Shown: positions 13,780-23,976 of the stretch, piece by piece | Position numbering within the stretch: the first letter of the stretch is position 1 | Layout of the letters: every line of letters begins with the position of its first letter | DNA from: an uncultured Aquificales bacterium | GTDB taxonomy: Bacteria; Thermosulfidibacterota; Thermosulfidibacteria; Thermosulfidibacterales; Thermosulfidibacteraceae | Length of the DNA: 28,162 nt | Direction: 5' to 3' | Assembly (NCBI GenBank): GCA_964411615.1 | Contig: CAYPLO010000016.1 | Location: 1 to 28,162, forward strand | Made by a program: the position numbers and the translations under genes | The notes under the pieces: generated by a model | Told to the model about the DNA's origin: nothing | Database searches by the model: none | The model's input: the letters and a program-made list of their open reading frames with translations, nothing else

Positions 13780-15001
13780 CCCTTCTCACGTCAAAACGGA
13801 CCCTGCAGAACTTCTTCTTTCCAACCCTCAGTATGTGCTCCGAATCGTCGCAGACAACCTCAAAGGCCACGTCGGTGATTCTCTCCCCGTCCCATCTAAC
13901 TCCACCCTGCTGAATGAGGCGCTTGGCCTCGGCGTTTGACCTGGCCATACGGGTGTCGGTGAGCACCCTGGTTAGCCTGAGCTTAGGCTCTGTGGTTATA
14001 ACCACCATCTCCGGCATATCCTCAGGAAGCTCCCTTCTGGCGAAGACCCTCTCAAACTCCTCCTGGGCCTTCTTAGCCGCCTCAACCCCATGGAACTTAG
14101 ACACTATCTCAAAGGCCAGATCCATCTTGGCCTGCTTGGGATGGTAGAGGCCCGCCTCCACATCCCGCCTCTTCTTCTCAATCTCCGCCGGTGAGAGGTC
14201 CGACAGAAGCTGGTAGTACCTCCACATGAGCTCGTCGCTTATGGACATGAGCTTGCCGTACATCTGGTTGGGAGGCTCTGTGATTCCCACATAGTTGCCC
14301 AAGGACTTGCTCATCTTCTGGACGCCATCCAGCCCCTCAAGGATGGGAAGCATCATGATAACCTCTGGCTCCTGGCCGTACTCCCTCTGGATATCCCTTG
14401 CAACCAGCAGGTTGAACCTCTGGTCGGTCCCCCCAAGCTCCACATCCGCCTCAAGGGCCACAGAGTCGTACCCCTGCATGAGGGGATAGATGAACTCGTG
14501 GATAAATATGGGAATCCCCTCCTTGAAGCGCTTCTTGAAGTCGTCCCTCTCAAGCATCCTGGCAACGGTGTACTTGGCGGTGAGCCTTATCATATCCTCG
14601 GAGCTCATGCTTCCAAGCCACTGGGAGTTAAAGACCACCTTAGTCCTTTCAGGGTCCAGCACCTTAAACACCTGGTCCTTGTAGGTCTCTGCGTTGGCAA
14701 GCACCTCCTCCCGTGTCAGGGCCTTCCTCACCTCGCTTCTGCCTGTGGGGTCCCCTATCATGGCGGTAAAGTCCCCGATGAGAAAGTAGACCTGATGCCC
14801 CAAATCCTGAAACTCCCTGAGCTTCTTGAGAAGCACCGTGTGGCCTAAGTGCAGGTCCGGTGCGGTGGGGTCAAAGCCCGCCTTAATCTTAAGGGGACGC
14901 CTCAACTGCCGGGACCTTTTGAGTTTGGCAACCAGCTCCTCCTCGGATATGTACTCCACAACGTTCCTGGTGATTATCTCAAGCTCCTCCTCTATGGTCA
15001 T
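13766..15001 (-). CDS. tyrS: Tyrosyl-tRNA synthetase
   Basis: [13 protein letters not shown] (HIGH motif), [18 protein letters not shown] and a C-terminal S4 domain. Confidence 0.98.
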   Translation of the reverse strand: MTIEEELEIITRNVVEYISEEELVAKLKRSRQLRRPLKIKAGFDPTAPDLHLGHTVLLKKLREFQDLGHQVYFLIGDFTAMIGDPTGRSEVRKALTREEVLANAETYKDQVFKVLDPERTKVVFNSQWLGSMSSEDMIRLTAKYTVARMLERDDFKKRFKEGIPIFIHEFIYPLMQGYDSVALEADVELGGTDQRFNLLVARDIQREYGQEPEVIMMLPILEGLDGVQKMSKSLGNYVGITEPPNQMYGKLMSISDELMWRYYQLLSDLSPAEIEKKRRDVEAGLYHPKQAKMDLAFEIVSKFHGVEAAKKAQEEFERVFARRELPEDMPEMVVITTEPKLRLTRVLTDTRMARSNAEAKRLIQQGGVRWDGERITDVAFEVVCDDSEHILRVGKKKFCRVRFDVRRDGQT

Positions 15002-16351
15002 CTATCCCTCCGTCACCTCTTTTATGGCCCACTTCACCACATCAACGAGCCTGTCCAGCTCCTCAATCTCTATAACCAGCGGGGGCAGTATCACTATCAC
15101 ATCCCCCAGGGGCCTTATAACCACCCCCCTCTCCCTGGCCTTGTATATCACCTTAAATCCCGTCCTCTCGGCGGGGGGGAAGGGCTCCTTGGTATCTTTG
15201 TCCCTAACAAGCTCTATGCCCACCATAAAGCCCTTCTGCCTCACATCCCCAACATGTTTGAGCTCCCAGAACTCCTCCAGCCTCCTGGTAAGGTGCTCTA
15301 TCTTGGGCTGGAGCCTCTCCAAGGTTCTCTCCTCATCAAAGAGCTCAATGCTGGCAAGGGCAGCGGCACACCCCAAGGGGTTACCCGTGTATGTGTGGCC
15401 GTGGTAGAAGGTCTTGGTGTAGTCTCCCAGAAAAGCCTGATAGATTTCGTCTGTGGTTATGGTTGCGGCAACGGGCAGGTATCCACCTGTTATCCCCTTT
15501 GCCACCGCCATTATGTCGGGAACCACCCCCTCGTGCTCGCAGCCCCACATCCTGCCCGTCCTTCCAAATCCCACCGCCACCTCATCCAGAACCAGCAGTA
15601 CTCCGTATCTATCCGCTATCTCCCTCAATCCCTTCATGTAGCCCTCGGGCAACACAATCATGCCCCCTGCCGCCTGGACGGTGGACTCACAGACGATGGC
15701 CGCAATCTCATGGGCATGCTCCGCCACTATCTCCTCAAGCCTCCTGAGGCAGGCAAGGCCGCAGCTATCCCTATCCAGCCCCAGCTCACACCTGTAGCAG
15801 TAGGGGGAAGGGGCAAAGTAGGCCTCAAATAGCAGAGGCTTATATACAGCGTGGAAGAGGTCTATCCCTCCAACGCTCATGGCCCCTATGGTATCGCCGT
15901 GGTAACCGTTCCTCAGGGCCACAAAGCGCTTTCTCTGGGTCTCACCCCTGTTCTGCCAGTAGTGGAAGGCCATCTTTATGGCTATCTCCATGGCGCAGGC
16001 ACCGGTGTCTGAGAAGAAGACCCTGTTCAGTCCTTCAGGGGTGATATCCGCAAGCTTCTTGGCCAGGAGTATGGCGGGAACATTGGAGATTCCGAGGGTT
16101 GTGGAGTGGGCAATCTTCTCCAGCTGCTCCCTTATGGCCCTGTTTATCTTGGGATGGTTGTGGCCGTGGACGTTCACCCAGAGGGAGGAGACGCCGTCTA
16201 TGTATCTGTTGCCGTGCACATCTATGAGGTACACCCCCTCACCCCTCTCTATTATCAGAGGGTCCCTCTGGGCGTACTCCGCCATCTGGGTGAAGGGATG
16301 CCAGAAGTGCTCAAGGTCCCATTTTTTTAGCTCTTCGTAAGAGTATCCCAT
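15002..16351 (-). CDS. bioA: Adenosylmethionine-8-amino-7-oxononanoate aminotransferase
   Basis: Motifs WHPFTQM, SSLWVNVHGH, YHGDTIGAMSV, DEVAVGFGRTG, AKGITGGY, HGHTYTGNP and RPLG. Confidence 0.92.
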   Translation of the reverse strand: MGYSYEELKKWDLEHFWHPFTQMAEYAQRDPLIIERGEGVYLIDVHGNRYIDGVSSLWVNVHGHNHPKINRAIREQLEKIAHSTTLGISNVPAILLAKKLADITPEGLNRVFFSDTGACAMEIAIKMAFHYWQNRGETQRKRFVALRNGYHGDTIGAMSVGGIDLFHAVYKPLLFEAYFAPSPYCYRCELGLDRDSCGLACLRRLEEIVAEHAHEIAAIVCESTVQAAGGMIVLPEGYMKGLREIADRYGVLLVLDEVAVGFGRTGRMWGCEHEGVVPDIMAVAKGITGGYLPVAATITTDEIYQAFLGDYTKTFYHGHTYTGNPLGCAAALASIELFDEERTLERLQPKIEHLTRRLEEFWELKHVGDVRQKGFMVGIELVRDKDTKEPFPPAERTGFKVIYKARERGVVIRPLGDVIVILPPLVIEIEELDRLVDVVKWAIKEVTEG

Positions 16352-16360
16352 GCCTACCTC

Positions 16361-17596
16361 CTAAACGAGCTCAAGCCTCCCGTATATGTTGCACACCTGA
16401 CTTATCATAACGGTGAGATAGTCCCTCAGGTGTCTGGTTATGAGGAAGTTCTCCTTCACAAAGAGATGGGCCCTCCTTCCCATCTCCCTTATCCTCTCCG
16501 GATGGCTCAGAAGGTACCTTATCCTCAGGGCTGCCCCTTCAGGAGAGCCAACAAGGAAGCCCGTCTGGTGGTTTATCACCTGTAGCCTTATCCCTCCCGT
16601 GTCTCCCCCTATGACGGGCTTCTCCTTCCACATACCCTCCGTCACCGTGAGGCCAAATCCTTCCCTGATGGACTTCTGTATCACAATGGTGGCACCCCTC
16701 TGAAGGGCGTTTATGAGCCTGTTGTTTGTGGGAAGCATGAGCACATGGATATCCCTCTCACCGTTGGCAGCCGCCTTCACCTCCTCGTAAACCACCATAC
16801 CCTCAGGGTCGTCTGAGGCGCCACCTCCCGCCAGCACAAGCTGCACAGAGGGGAAGAAACGCTTCACCATCCTGTAGGCCTGTATCACCCCCACCGGGTC
16901 CTTCAGCCTGTCAAAGCGGGACACCTGGAGAAGGACGGGCCTTTCAGGGTCTATCCCGAGCTCCTCGTAGGTCCTCACCACCTCTGCTTCATCCAGGGGC
17001 ATGTTCTTCTCGCCAAGGGGGTCTATGCTGGGAGGTATGAGGTACATGGGATGGGGAAGCCTCCTGCTGAAGGAGGCAAGATGGAATATACTGGCATCGT
17101 ATTTCTCAACGAACCGCTTGAGAAACTTCCAGACGGCCCTGTTGGGTTTGCTCACATCTATGTGGCATCTCCATATCCACTTGCCCTTCCTGTCGGGAAA
17201 GTGCTCTATAAGGGCGGCAGGCTGAGGGTCGTGGATGAAGACCACATCGGCATCCTTCAGTATGTCCCTCAGCTTATCGGCATTTGCGGCGTTAACGTCT
17301 CTATAGACCTTAAGAAGCCTCTCCGGGATAACCACATCCCTCCCATGCAGGGCGTTGTGGATGGACTTTGTGCACTGGAAGAACTCATCGTTCCCCTCTA
17401 TAACCTCCCACCTGGCATCAATGCCCAGCTCCTGCATGAGGGGCACAAGGCTCCTCAGTATCTCCGCAACCCCACCCCCCTCACGGGTGGAGTTCACATG
17501 GACAACGCTCACCCCCTTGAGCCAGTGGGCGAGCTGATGGAGGTGCTCTATGACGTCAATCCCCACAACTTCCGCAAGGCGGGCAAGCCTTCCCAT
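16361..17596 (-). CDS. treT: Trehalose glycosyltransferring synthase (GT4)
   Basis: Motifs HVNST..GGGVAEIL, HDPQP, WRCHID, PSIDPL, VSRFD..K and EGFGLTVTE; trehalose gene context. Confidence 0.85.
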   Translation of the reverse strand: MGRLARLAEVVGIDVIEHLHQLAHWLKGVSVVHVNSTREGGGVAEILRSLVPLMQELGIDARWEVIEGNDEFFQCTKSIHNALHGRDVVIPERLLKVYRDVNAANADKLRDILKDADVVFIHDPQPAALIEHFPDRKGKWIWRCHIDVSKPNRAVWKFLKRFVEKYDASIFHLASFSRRLPHPMYLIPPSIDPLGEKNMPLDEAEVVRTYEELGIDPERPVLLQVSRFDRLKDPVGVIQAYRMVKRFFPSVQLVLAGGGASDDPEGMVVYEEVKAAANGERDIHVLMLPTNNRLINALQRGATIVIQKSIREGFGLTVTEGMWKEKPVIGGDTGGIRLQVINHQTGFLVGSPEGAALRIRYLLSHPERIREMGRRAHLFVKENFLITRHLRDYLTVMISQVCNIYGRLELV

Positions 17597-17598
17597 GG

Positions 17599-18249
17599 TC
17601 AGAGCTCCATAAAGTGTTCTCTAAAAAGAGAAGTGAGCCTGTCCCTTATCTCGTTCAGCTGCATGAAGAAGGGGTCTATCTCGGCTATGGCGCTGGCAAG
17701 GGAAGTGAAGTCCTCCTCAAACTCCAGAAGCCATATCCTGAAGTCGTCAAAGCCGTTGTCGTGTCTTCTTCTTGCATCAACGAAGTGGTAGAAGATGCTG
17801 CTCAGGCTCATCTTGGGTATCTCCACGCACATATCCCTGGGGTGCCTCACCCTCTTGTAGGTGTCAAAGACCACGATGAAGCCCTTTATGAAGTGGAACT
17901 GCTTGTCAAACCTGGATACGGGAAGGTAGTCCAGCTCATCTAGTCTCTGGTCTATTATGTCCACCAGCTCCTCCCTCAGCTCCTCTATGGTGGAGAACTC
18001 GGACGGGTCCACAACGGCGAGCCTCTCCGCCAGAAGCAAATCGTTCAGCTCCCGCTTAACCCATCTGGCGAAGTCGTTGTTGTACTCCTGCTCCTCAAAG
18101 CCCGGAGCAATCTTGTTACCCCAGAAGTGGTAGTATATGCAATCGGCATCCACAGTGGCTATGCCCTCCCTCAAATCCCTGAGGCTCTGGGCCCTCACCC
18201 CTGTGGATATCCTCACAAGGGCACAGTCCTTAACAACGAAGGGGTGCAT
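17599..18249 (-). CDS. TreT-associated hypothetical protein (DUF5752-like) with an internal duplication
   Basis: Two similar blocks, CIYYHF...NDFARWV and SIFYHF...DDFRIWL. ATG 18249 follows GGAGG. Lies between TPS/TPP and treT. Confidence 0.75.
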   Translation of the reverse strand: MHPFVVKDCALVRISTGVRAQSLRDLREGIATVDADCIYYHFWGNKIAPGFEEQEYNNDFARWVKRELNDLLLAERLAVVDPSEFSTIEELREELVDIIDQRLDELDYLPVSRFDKQFHFIKGFIVVFDTYKRVRHPRDMCVEIPKMSLSSIFYHFVDARRRHDNGFDDFRIWLLEFEEDFTSLASAIAEIDPFFMQLNEIRDRLTSLFREHFMEL

Positions 18250-18250
18250 A

Positions 18251-20437
18251 TCAACCTCCAACCTCCTCCAGCATCCTCCTGAGGATGGCCCTCACATCCC
18301 AGCAAGACTCAACTATGTACCTGGCCCTGGTGGCCCTCACACCAACCTTGATGGTTATAGCATCCTCGGGCATAACTTCAAACATATCCTCATCGGTCCA
18401 GTCATCCCCGGCAGAGAGGATGAAGTCCCACCCCTTCTCAAGCCACCAGGATGCAGCCCTGCCCTTGTTAACGTTGGCGTTTCTCACCTCCACCACCCTG
18501 TTGCCCTCAACCACCTCCAGGTTGAGTCTCGCCGCAAGCTGCACCAGGGTATTCCTCAGCTCCCTGGCCCTGGCAAGCCCCATCTGAGGGTCAGACTTCC
18601 TGTAGTGCCAGGCCAAGGAGAACTCCTTGTCCTCAATGAAGGAGCCGGGGGTTCTGTCAACGAAGACCTCCATCACCGGTCTTATCTGGTCCTTCCAATG
18701 GTCACTCACCGGTTCCACCAGGACCCACTGCCCATGGGGCTCCTTAACCCACGCCCCATGCTCCGCCACAAGCCCCACACCCACATCGGAGAACCACCCC
18801 TCCAGAATACCCCTGGGCCTTCCGCTTATGATTACCACCATGGCATGTTGTGAAAGCCCGCCCAGCAGCTCAAGCAGCTCCTCATCGGGCACGGCCTTCT
18901 CGGGCCTCTCGGCAAAGGGAACGAGGGTGCCGTCGTAGTCAAGCAACAGAAGCCTCCTGGGTGCAGAAGCGAACCTCTTGGCAAAGTCCTCCCTTATAAA
19001 GTCGTTGACCAGCATGAGCACAAGCCCCCTCTGCTTTCTGGCCACCTTGGTGAGGGACTCCATAAAGTCGCTGGCCCAGCGCCTAACGGTGTACCTCTTC
19101 AGCCTCTCCCTCATCACCTCGTTCCTCTCCAGCTGCTCCTGAGGAGGCATCTCAAGGGCCTCCCTTATGGCCTCCGCCATCCCCACCACATCGTTTGGGT
19201 TCACCATCACCGCCTCACCCAGCTCCTTGGCAGCCCCCGCAAACTCGCTCAGGACCAGGACCCCGGTCCCCTCCATCTCCCTGGTGGCCAGATACTCCTT
19301 GGCTATAAGGTTCATACCGTCCCTCAATGGGGTTACCAGGGCAACATCGGCGGCATGGTACAGGGTGGCCAGGGTCTCAAAGGGAACGGACCTGTAGAGG
19401 TACCAGATAGGGTTCCAGCCAACGGTGCTGAACCTGCCGTTGATTCTGCCCACAAGCTCCTCAACCTCCCTCTTCAAATCCATGTAGTGCTCAACGCCGG
19501 TCCTTGTGGGAACCGCCACCATAACCAGATGGACCTTCCCCACATACTGGGGGTATCTCTCAAGGAAGAGCTCAAAGGCATGCAGACGCTGGACTATGCC
19601 CTTGGTGTAGTCCAGCCTGTCAACGGAGAGTATCAGCCTCCTGTCCCCCAGCATCCTCTTGAGCCTGGAGAGCTCCCTCTGGACCCTGGGCACCTCAAGG
19701 GACCTGGAGAACCTCTCGTAGTCTATCCCCATGGGGAAGGCGTCCACCTTCACTATCCTGTCCCCCGCCTCCACCTCCCCCATGGTATGCTCGTAACCCA
19801 AAAGCCTCGTAACGCTGTCGAGAAAGTGGAGGACGTAGTCGTAGGTGTGGAACCCCACAAGGTCCGCCCCCAAAAGGCCCCTCAGTATCTCCCTCCTGAC
19901 GGGAAGGAGCCTGTAGACCTCGTAGGTGGGAAAGGGAATGTGAAGGAAGAAGCCTATGGTGGCCTCCCGCCACATCCTTCTTATGAGTGAGGGCAGCAGC
20001 ATCAGGTGGTAATCGTGGACCCACACAACATCGTCCTCGCCAGCAACCTTGGCAACTTCCTCGCAGAAGAGCCTGTTTATCCTCTCGTAAACCTGATAGC
20101 TCTGATGGTCGTACTCCATGTACTGGTGGAAGTAGTGGAAGAGGGGCCAGATGGTCTTGTTGCAGAATCCGTAATAGTAAAGCCCCACATCCCTTCTGGT
20201 GAGGAATACGGGGTAACAGCCCTCCTCCTGAAGCCTTGACCGCACATACTCAACTTCGGAAGGCTCAAGGTCCTCCAGGGCTATGCCAGGCCACCCCACC
20301 CAGATGCTCTTGAGCCCCTTGTAGATGGAGCCAAGGCCCGTGGCCACACCACCCACACTCCGGGTGAAGACCAGCTCGTCCCTCTTGCGGGATACGGTTA
20401 CAGGAAGCCTGTTTGAGACTATAACGAGCCTGCTCAT
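18251..20437 (-). CDS. Bifunctional trehalose-6-phosphate synthase/phosphatase (OtsA-OtsB fusion)
   Basis: GT20 motifs [29 protein letters not shown] and [12 protein letters not shown] motifs DYDGTL and [10 protein letters not shown]. Confidence 0.95.
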   Translation of the reverse strand: MSRLVIVSNRLPVTVSRKRDELVFTRSVGGVATGLGSIYKGLKSIWVGWPGIALEDLEPSEVEYVRSRLQEEGCYPVFLTRRDVGLYYYGFCNKTIWPLFHYFHQYMEYDHQSYQVYERINRLFCEEVAKVAGEDDVVWVHDYHLMLLPSLIRRMWREATIGFFLHIPFPTYEVYRLLPVRREILRGLLGADLVGFHTYDYVLHFLDSVTRLLGYEHTMGEVEAGDRIVKVDAFPMGIDYERFSRSLEVPRVQRELSRLKRMLGDRRLILSVDRLDYTKGIVQRLHAFELFLERYPQYVGKVHLVMVAVPTRTGVEHYMDLKREVEELVGRINGRFSTVGWNPIWYLYRSVPFETLATLYHAADVALVTPLRDGMNLIAKEYLATREMEGTGVLVLSEFAGAAKELGEAVMVNPNDVVGMAEAIREALEMPPQEQLERNEVMRERLKRYTVRRWASDFMESLTKVARKQRGLVLMLVNDFIREDFAKRFASAPRRLLLLDYDGTLVPFAERPEKAVPDEELLELLGGLSQHAMVVIISGRPRGILEGWFSDVGVGLVAEHGAWVKEPHGQWVLVEPVSDHWKDQIRPVMEVFVDRTPGSFIEDKEFSLAWHYRKSDPQMGLARARELRNTLVQLAARLNLEVVEGNRVVEVRNANVNKGRAASWWLEKGWDFILSAGDDWTDEDMFEVMPEDAITIKVGVRATRARYIVESCWDVRAILRRMLEEVGG

Positions 20438-20444
20438 GGAGGCT

Positions 20445-20474
20445 ATGATAGAGGAGGGGTCAGGACAAAATCAA
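20445..20474 (-). promoter_or_regulatory. Putative sigma70 promoter for a leaderless TPS/TPP transcript
   Basis: Minus strand reads TTGATT, 18 nt, TATCAT, 7 nt, ATG (20437); no SD upstream. Confidence 0.55.
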
Positions 20475-20499
20475 GAGAAGGGGGCGCAGGAACGCCCCC
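20467..20499 (-). terminator. Intrinsic terminator after the cytochrome gene
   Basis: Minus strand GGGGGCG-TTCCTG-CGCCCCC followed by TTCTCTTGATTTT; starts 9 nt after the stop at 20509. Confidence 0.7.
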
Positions 20500-20508
20500 C
20501 GGAAGGAC

Positions 20509-21834
20509 CTACTTAACGTTGAGAACAACCTCGCTCTCGTTCACCAGCATGGGCCTGTACTCGCTCTCGGGAAGCTTCAGGAACCTGCCCACAGAGGAGG
20601 GAACCAAGCTGTAGTAGAGCTTTGCAACGACCCTCACGGGCCCCTTAACACCCTCAGGCACCCTGAAGGTGTAGGTCTCAACCTTGGTCTGCCTGGGACC
20701 AATCCTGTAGTCCACCAAGGTGTTATCCTTGGTGTACCACTGGCAGATGGTCATGCGCCCCTTGGGGTCAAAGAAGGGCCTCCTGAAGATTCTCGCACCG
20801 GCAGGCACATCACCGTCCCTCTTCACCCCCTTGAAGCCCTTGATACCCAGAATCTCACCCATGGCCTGATAGGCGTAGGCCTTGGGGTCGGCGATGGTGT
20901 ACTCCTCGCCTTTGAAGCCCTTCTTATCAACGGGGATGTGCCACTTGTGGCCAGCCGCATCTATGGCCCACACCTCAAGCCAGAGCATCCTCTCCTCTGC
21001 AGAACCCGAAGGTATATAGTGGCCAACCTTCTGGTTGAATAGCACAACCGTGAACTTCACCTTATCACCGGGGGAAACCTCCCTCTTGCTGGCCATGAGC
21101 GTCACATCCACCGCCCCCTTGAGCTTCTCAGGGGAGTGGGCACCCAGGAAGAGATGATGGGCCATATCCTTCCTGAACCTCCTTCTGGTCACATGTCCAG
21201 GCCCCTTGGGCATGTGGCAGTCCTGACAGGTTATACCCTCCTTGGCGTAGGGCCCCTCCTTCCACTCCCTGTAGGTGCTCTTGACCCAGGCTCCATAGGG
21301 ACTGGCCTCGTCGTGGCAGGTGGCGCAGAACTCCGCCTTCTTGAGGAAGGGGTTGTACTTAACACCGTGGGGAGCCCTGACACCCTTCCTGGGAGCCTGC
21401 TTCACCCTGCCGGGCTTTATCACATAGCTGAAGTTGAAGGGCTCCTCCTTCTCCGTTCCCGTTATGTTGTGGCATATCTCACAGCTCACACCTTCATTGG
21501 CCCTGGTTCCAGCCTCGGGCCTCTTGGGAGGGATATCCCCCGTCAGGAAGGCCAGTGGACCGTGGCATGCGATACATCCCGCCTTGACACCGGCCACCTT
21601 GGCAAACTTCTGGGCGTGGGGCAGTGCCAGCTTGAAGTACTCCACCTCGTCCCACTTGTGAACGAAGGACATGGCCATGAGGGAATGCTTCCACTCGTTA
21701 TAAATCTCCCTGTGGCAGGCGCCGCACCTTCTGGGCTTCTTAAAGTCCCGGTACTTGAACTTGCCCATCTGGGCACCGTAAAGGGAGCCCACAAGGAACA
21801 ACACGGACAACATACAGACCAGAACCCTCCTCAT
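20509..21834 (-). CDS. Exported pentaheme c-type cytochrome (c554-like N-terminus plus a beta-rich C-terminal domain)
   Basis: Signal peptide MRRVLVCMLSVLFLVGSLYG; five CxxCH motifs (CGACH, CIACH, CEICH, CATCH, CQDCH); GHYIPSG motif; SD AGGAGGT. Confidence 0.9.
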   Translation of the reverse strand: MRRVLVCMLSVLFLVGSLYGAQMGKFKYRDFKKPRRCGACHREIYNEWKHSLMAMSFVHKWDEVEYFKLALPHAQKFAKVAGVKAGCIACHGPLAFLTGDIPPKRPEAGTRANEGVSCEICHNITGTEKEEPFNFSYVIKPGRVKQAPRKGVRAPHGVKYNPFLKKAEFCATCHDEASPYGAWVKSTYREWKEGPYAKEGITCQDCHMPKGPGHVTRRRFRKDMAHHLFLGAHSPEKLKGAVDVTLMASKREVSPGDKVKFTVVLFNQKVGHYIPSGSAEERMLWLEVWAIDAAGHKWHIPVDKKGFKGEEYTIADPKAYAYQAMGEILGIKGFKGVKRDGDVPAGARIFRRPFFDPKGRMTICQWYTKDNTLVDYRIGPRQTKVETYTFRVPEGVKGPVRVVAKLYYSLVPSSVGRFLKLPESEYRPMLVNESEVVLNVK

Positions 21835-21848
21835 GACACACCTCCTGC

Positions 21849-21902
21849 TGAAATGATTTCATGACTAAGATAAATATAACTACCCGCCCTCGGTGTAGGC
21901 AA
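21849..21902 (-). promoter_or_regulatory. Putative promoter and palindromic operator of the cytochrome gene
   Basis: Minus strand TTGCCT, 18 nt, TATATT (21902-21873); palindrome TGAAAT-G-ATTTCA at 21849-21861, just upstream of the SD. Confidence 0.4.
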
Positions 21903-23976
21903 GCCTTGAGAAGATATCCCTGGCCTTGAGGACCTCCCTCATGAGACGGTGCTCCGGCTTTGACAGAGTGGGGTCCTCCTCCACTATCCTGAAGGCCCAC
22001 TCCCTGGCCTTCTCCAGCACCTCCCTGTCCCTCAGTATATCGGCCACCCTCAGGTCCGCCACCCCTGACTGCTTCACCCCCATAAGCTCACCCGGCCCCC
22101 TTATCCTGAGGTCCTCCTCGGCTATCCTGAAGCCGTCTGTGGTCTCCTCCAGCACCTTAAGCCTGGCGTAGCTGGCCGAACTCACCCTGTTTGAACTTAT
22201 CATCAAGAGGCAGTAGGACCTGTAAGGACCTCTCCCCACACGCCCTCTGAGCTGGTGAAGCTGGGAGAGACCGAACCTCTCAGCCCCCTCAATCATCATC
22301 ACAGTGGCGTTGGGCACATCTATACCAACCTCTATGACGGTTGTGGACACAAGGACCCTTATCCTCCCCTCCTTGAACATCCTCATAACCCTCTCCTTCT
22401 CCTCACCACTCATCCTCCCGTGGAGGAGCCCAACGCCGAACTGCCCGAACCTCTCCTCTATCTTAGGGTACATCTCAAGAACCGAGGGAAGGTCCATCTT
22501 CTCCGACTCCTCTATCAGGGGAAAGACTATGTATGCCTGCCTCCCCTTTTTCAGCTGACTCTCTATGAACAGATAGGCCTTCTCCCTATCCTTGGGAGTT
22601 ATCACCCTGGTCACTACGGGCTTTCTGCCAGAAGGCAACTCATCTATAACGGAGACATCCAGGTCCCCGTAAACGGTAAGGGCGAGGGTCCTGGGGATGG
22701 GGGTTGCCGTCATAACCAGAAGGTCGCAGTTATCCCCCTTGTCCCTGAGGAGTTTCCTCTGGATTACACCGAACCTGTGTTGCTCGTCTATGATGGCAAG
22801 GCCCAGCCTCTTGAATACAACCCCCTCCTGTATAAGGGCATGGGTTCCCACCAGAAGGTCCACATCCCCTGAAGCCACCCCTCTCAGGATAAGCTCCCTC
22901 TCCCCCCTGGGGGTTGAGGAGGTGAGAAGCTCAACCCTCATGAACCGCTTAGCCATCTCCCTTATGTTCCTGTAGTGCTGCTCCGCCAGTATCTCAGTTG
23001 GGGCCATGAAGGCCACCTGATACCCGTTGTCCACCGCAACAACTGCGGCGGCCACAGCAACCACCGTCTTACCTGAACCCACATCCCCCTGGACCAGCCT
23101 GTTCATGGGCTCCGGCTTAGCCATATCCTCCAGAATCTCCTTGAGAACCCTCCTCTGGGCACCGGTGAGCTCAAAGGGAAGGGAGGAGAGAAACTCCTCA
23201 AGCCTTCCAGAGTCCACCCTGAAGCTAATGCCCTTTTTACGCTTGAGCCCCACCCTTTTCAGGGCAAGGGCCAGCTGGGGCCAGAAGAACTCCTCAAAGA
23301 TGAGCCTGATGTGCCCCCTGCTTCTGAAGCCTTTGAGCCTCTCCAGCTCATCCCCGCCCAGATGGAGAATCCTGAAGGCCTCAGGCAGAGGGACAAGCCC
23401 CATATCCCTCAGCAGCTCAGGGGGAAGATACTCCCTGTAGGCCTCCTCAAGCAGCGAGATGCAGTTGAGAGCTATCCTCTCAATGGTCTTCTGCCCCACC
23501 CCATCAACGGAGGGATAGACGGGCAGGATGCGCATGAAGCTCTCCATATCCACAAGCTCGTAGTCCCTGGTCTCTGGATGGACCACCTCCAGAGACCTCT
23601 CGTACCTGTTGAACCTCACATCCCCAACAACGAGGAACCTCTTTCCGGGCTGAAACCTCTTCTCAAAGGCCCTCCTTTTGAAGTTGAACCACTTGGCCTT
23701 TATGGCCCCAGTGGGGTCCCTGAAGACCACCTCAAATATATCGGTGGTCCTACCGACGATGGAGCTTGCCCACACCTCCCCCACAAAGACCGCCCTCTCA
23801 CCGGGCTTCAGCTCCCCTATCCTCTTTATGCGCCTCCTGTCCTCGTAGTCCTTGGGAAGGAAGTAGAGCATATCCTCAACGGTCCTGACACCCGCCTTCT
23901 TAAGGGCCTTGGCCCTTCCCGGACCAACCCCCTTCACGTACTGTATGTCCGTATTCAGAACCTCAAAGAGCCTCAT
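21880..23976 (-). CDS. recG: ATP-dependent DNA helicase RecG
   Basis: Motifs QGDVGSGKT, APTEILAEQH, DEQHRFG, MTATPIPRTL, QLHQLRGRVGRG and DGFRIAEEDLRIRGPGE. Confidence 0.98.
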   Translation of the reverse strand: MRLFEVLNTDIQYVKGVGPGRAKALKKAGVRTVEDMLYFLPKDYEDRRRIKRIGELKPGERAVFVGEVWASSIVGRTTDIFEVVFRDPTGAIKAKWFNFKRRAFEKRFQPGKRFLVVGDVRFNRYERSLEVVHPETRDYELVDMESFMRILPVYPSVDGVGQKTIERIALNCISLLEEAYREYLPPELLRDMGLVPLPEAFRILHLGGDELERLKGFRSRGHIRLIFEEFFWPQLALALKRVGLKRKKGISFRVDSGRLEEFLSSLPFELTGAQRRVLKEILEDMAKPEPMNRLVQGDVGSGKTVVAVAAAVVAVDNGYQVAFMAPTEILAEQHYRNIREMAKRFMRVELLTSSTPRGERELILRGVASGDVDLLVGTHALIQEGVVFKRLGLAIIDEQHRFGVIQRKLLRDKGDNCDLLVMTATPIPRTLALTVYGDLDVSVIDELPSGRKPVVTRVITPKDREKAYLFIESQLKKGRQAYIVFPLIEESEKMDLPSVLEMYPKIEERFGQFGVGLLHGRMSGEEKERVMRMFKEGRIRVLVSTTVIEVGIDVPNATVMMIEGAERFGLSQLHQLRGRVGRGPYRSYCLLMISSNRVSSASYARLKVLEETTDGFRIAEEDLRIRGPGELMGVKQSGVADLRVADILRDREVLEKAREWAFRIVEEDPTLSKPEHRLMREVLKARDIFSRLAYTEGG

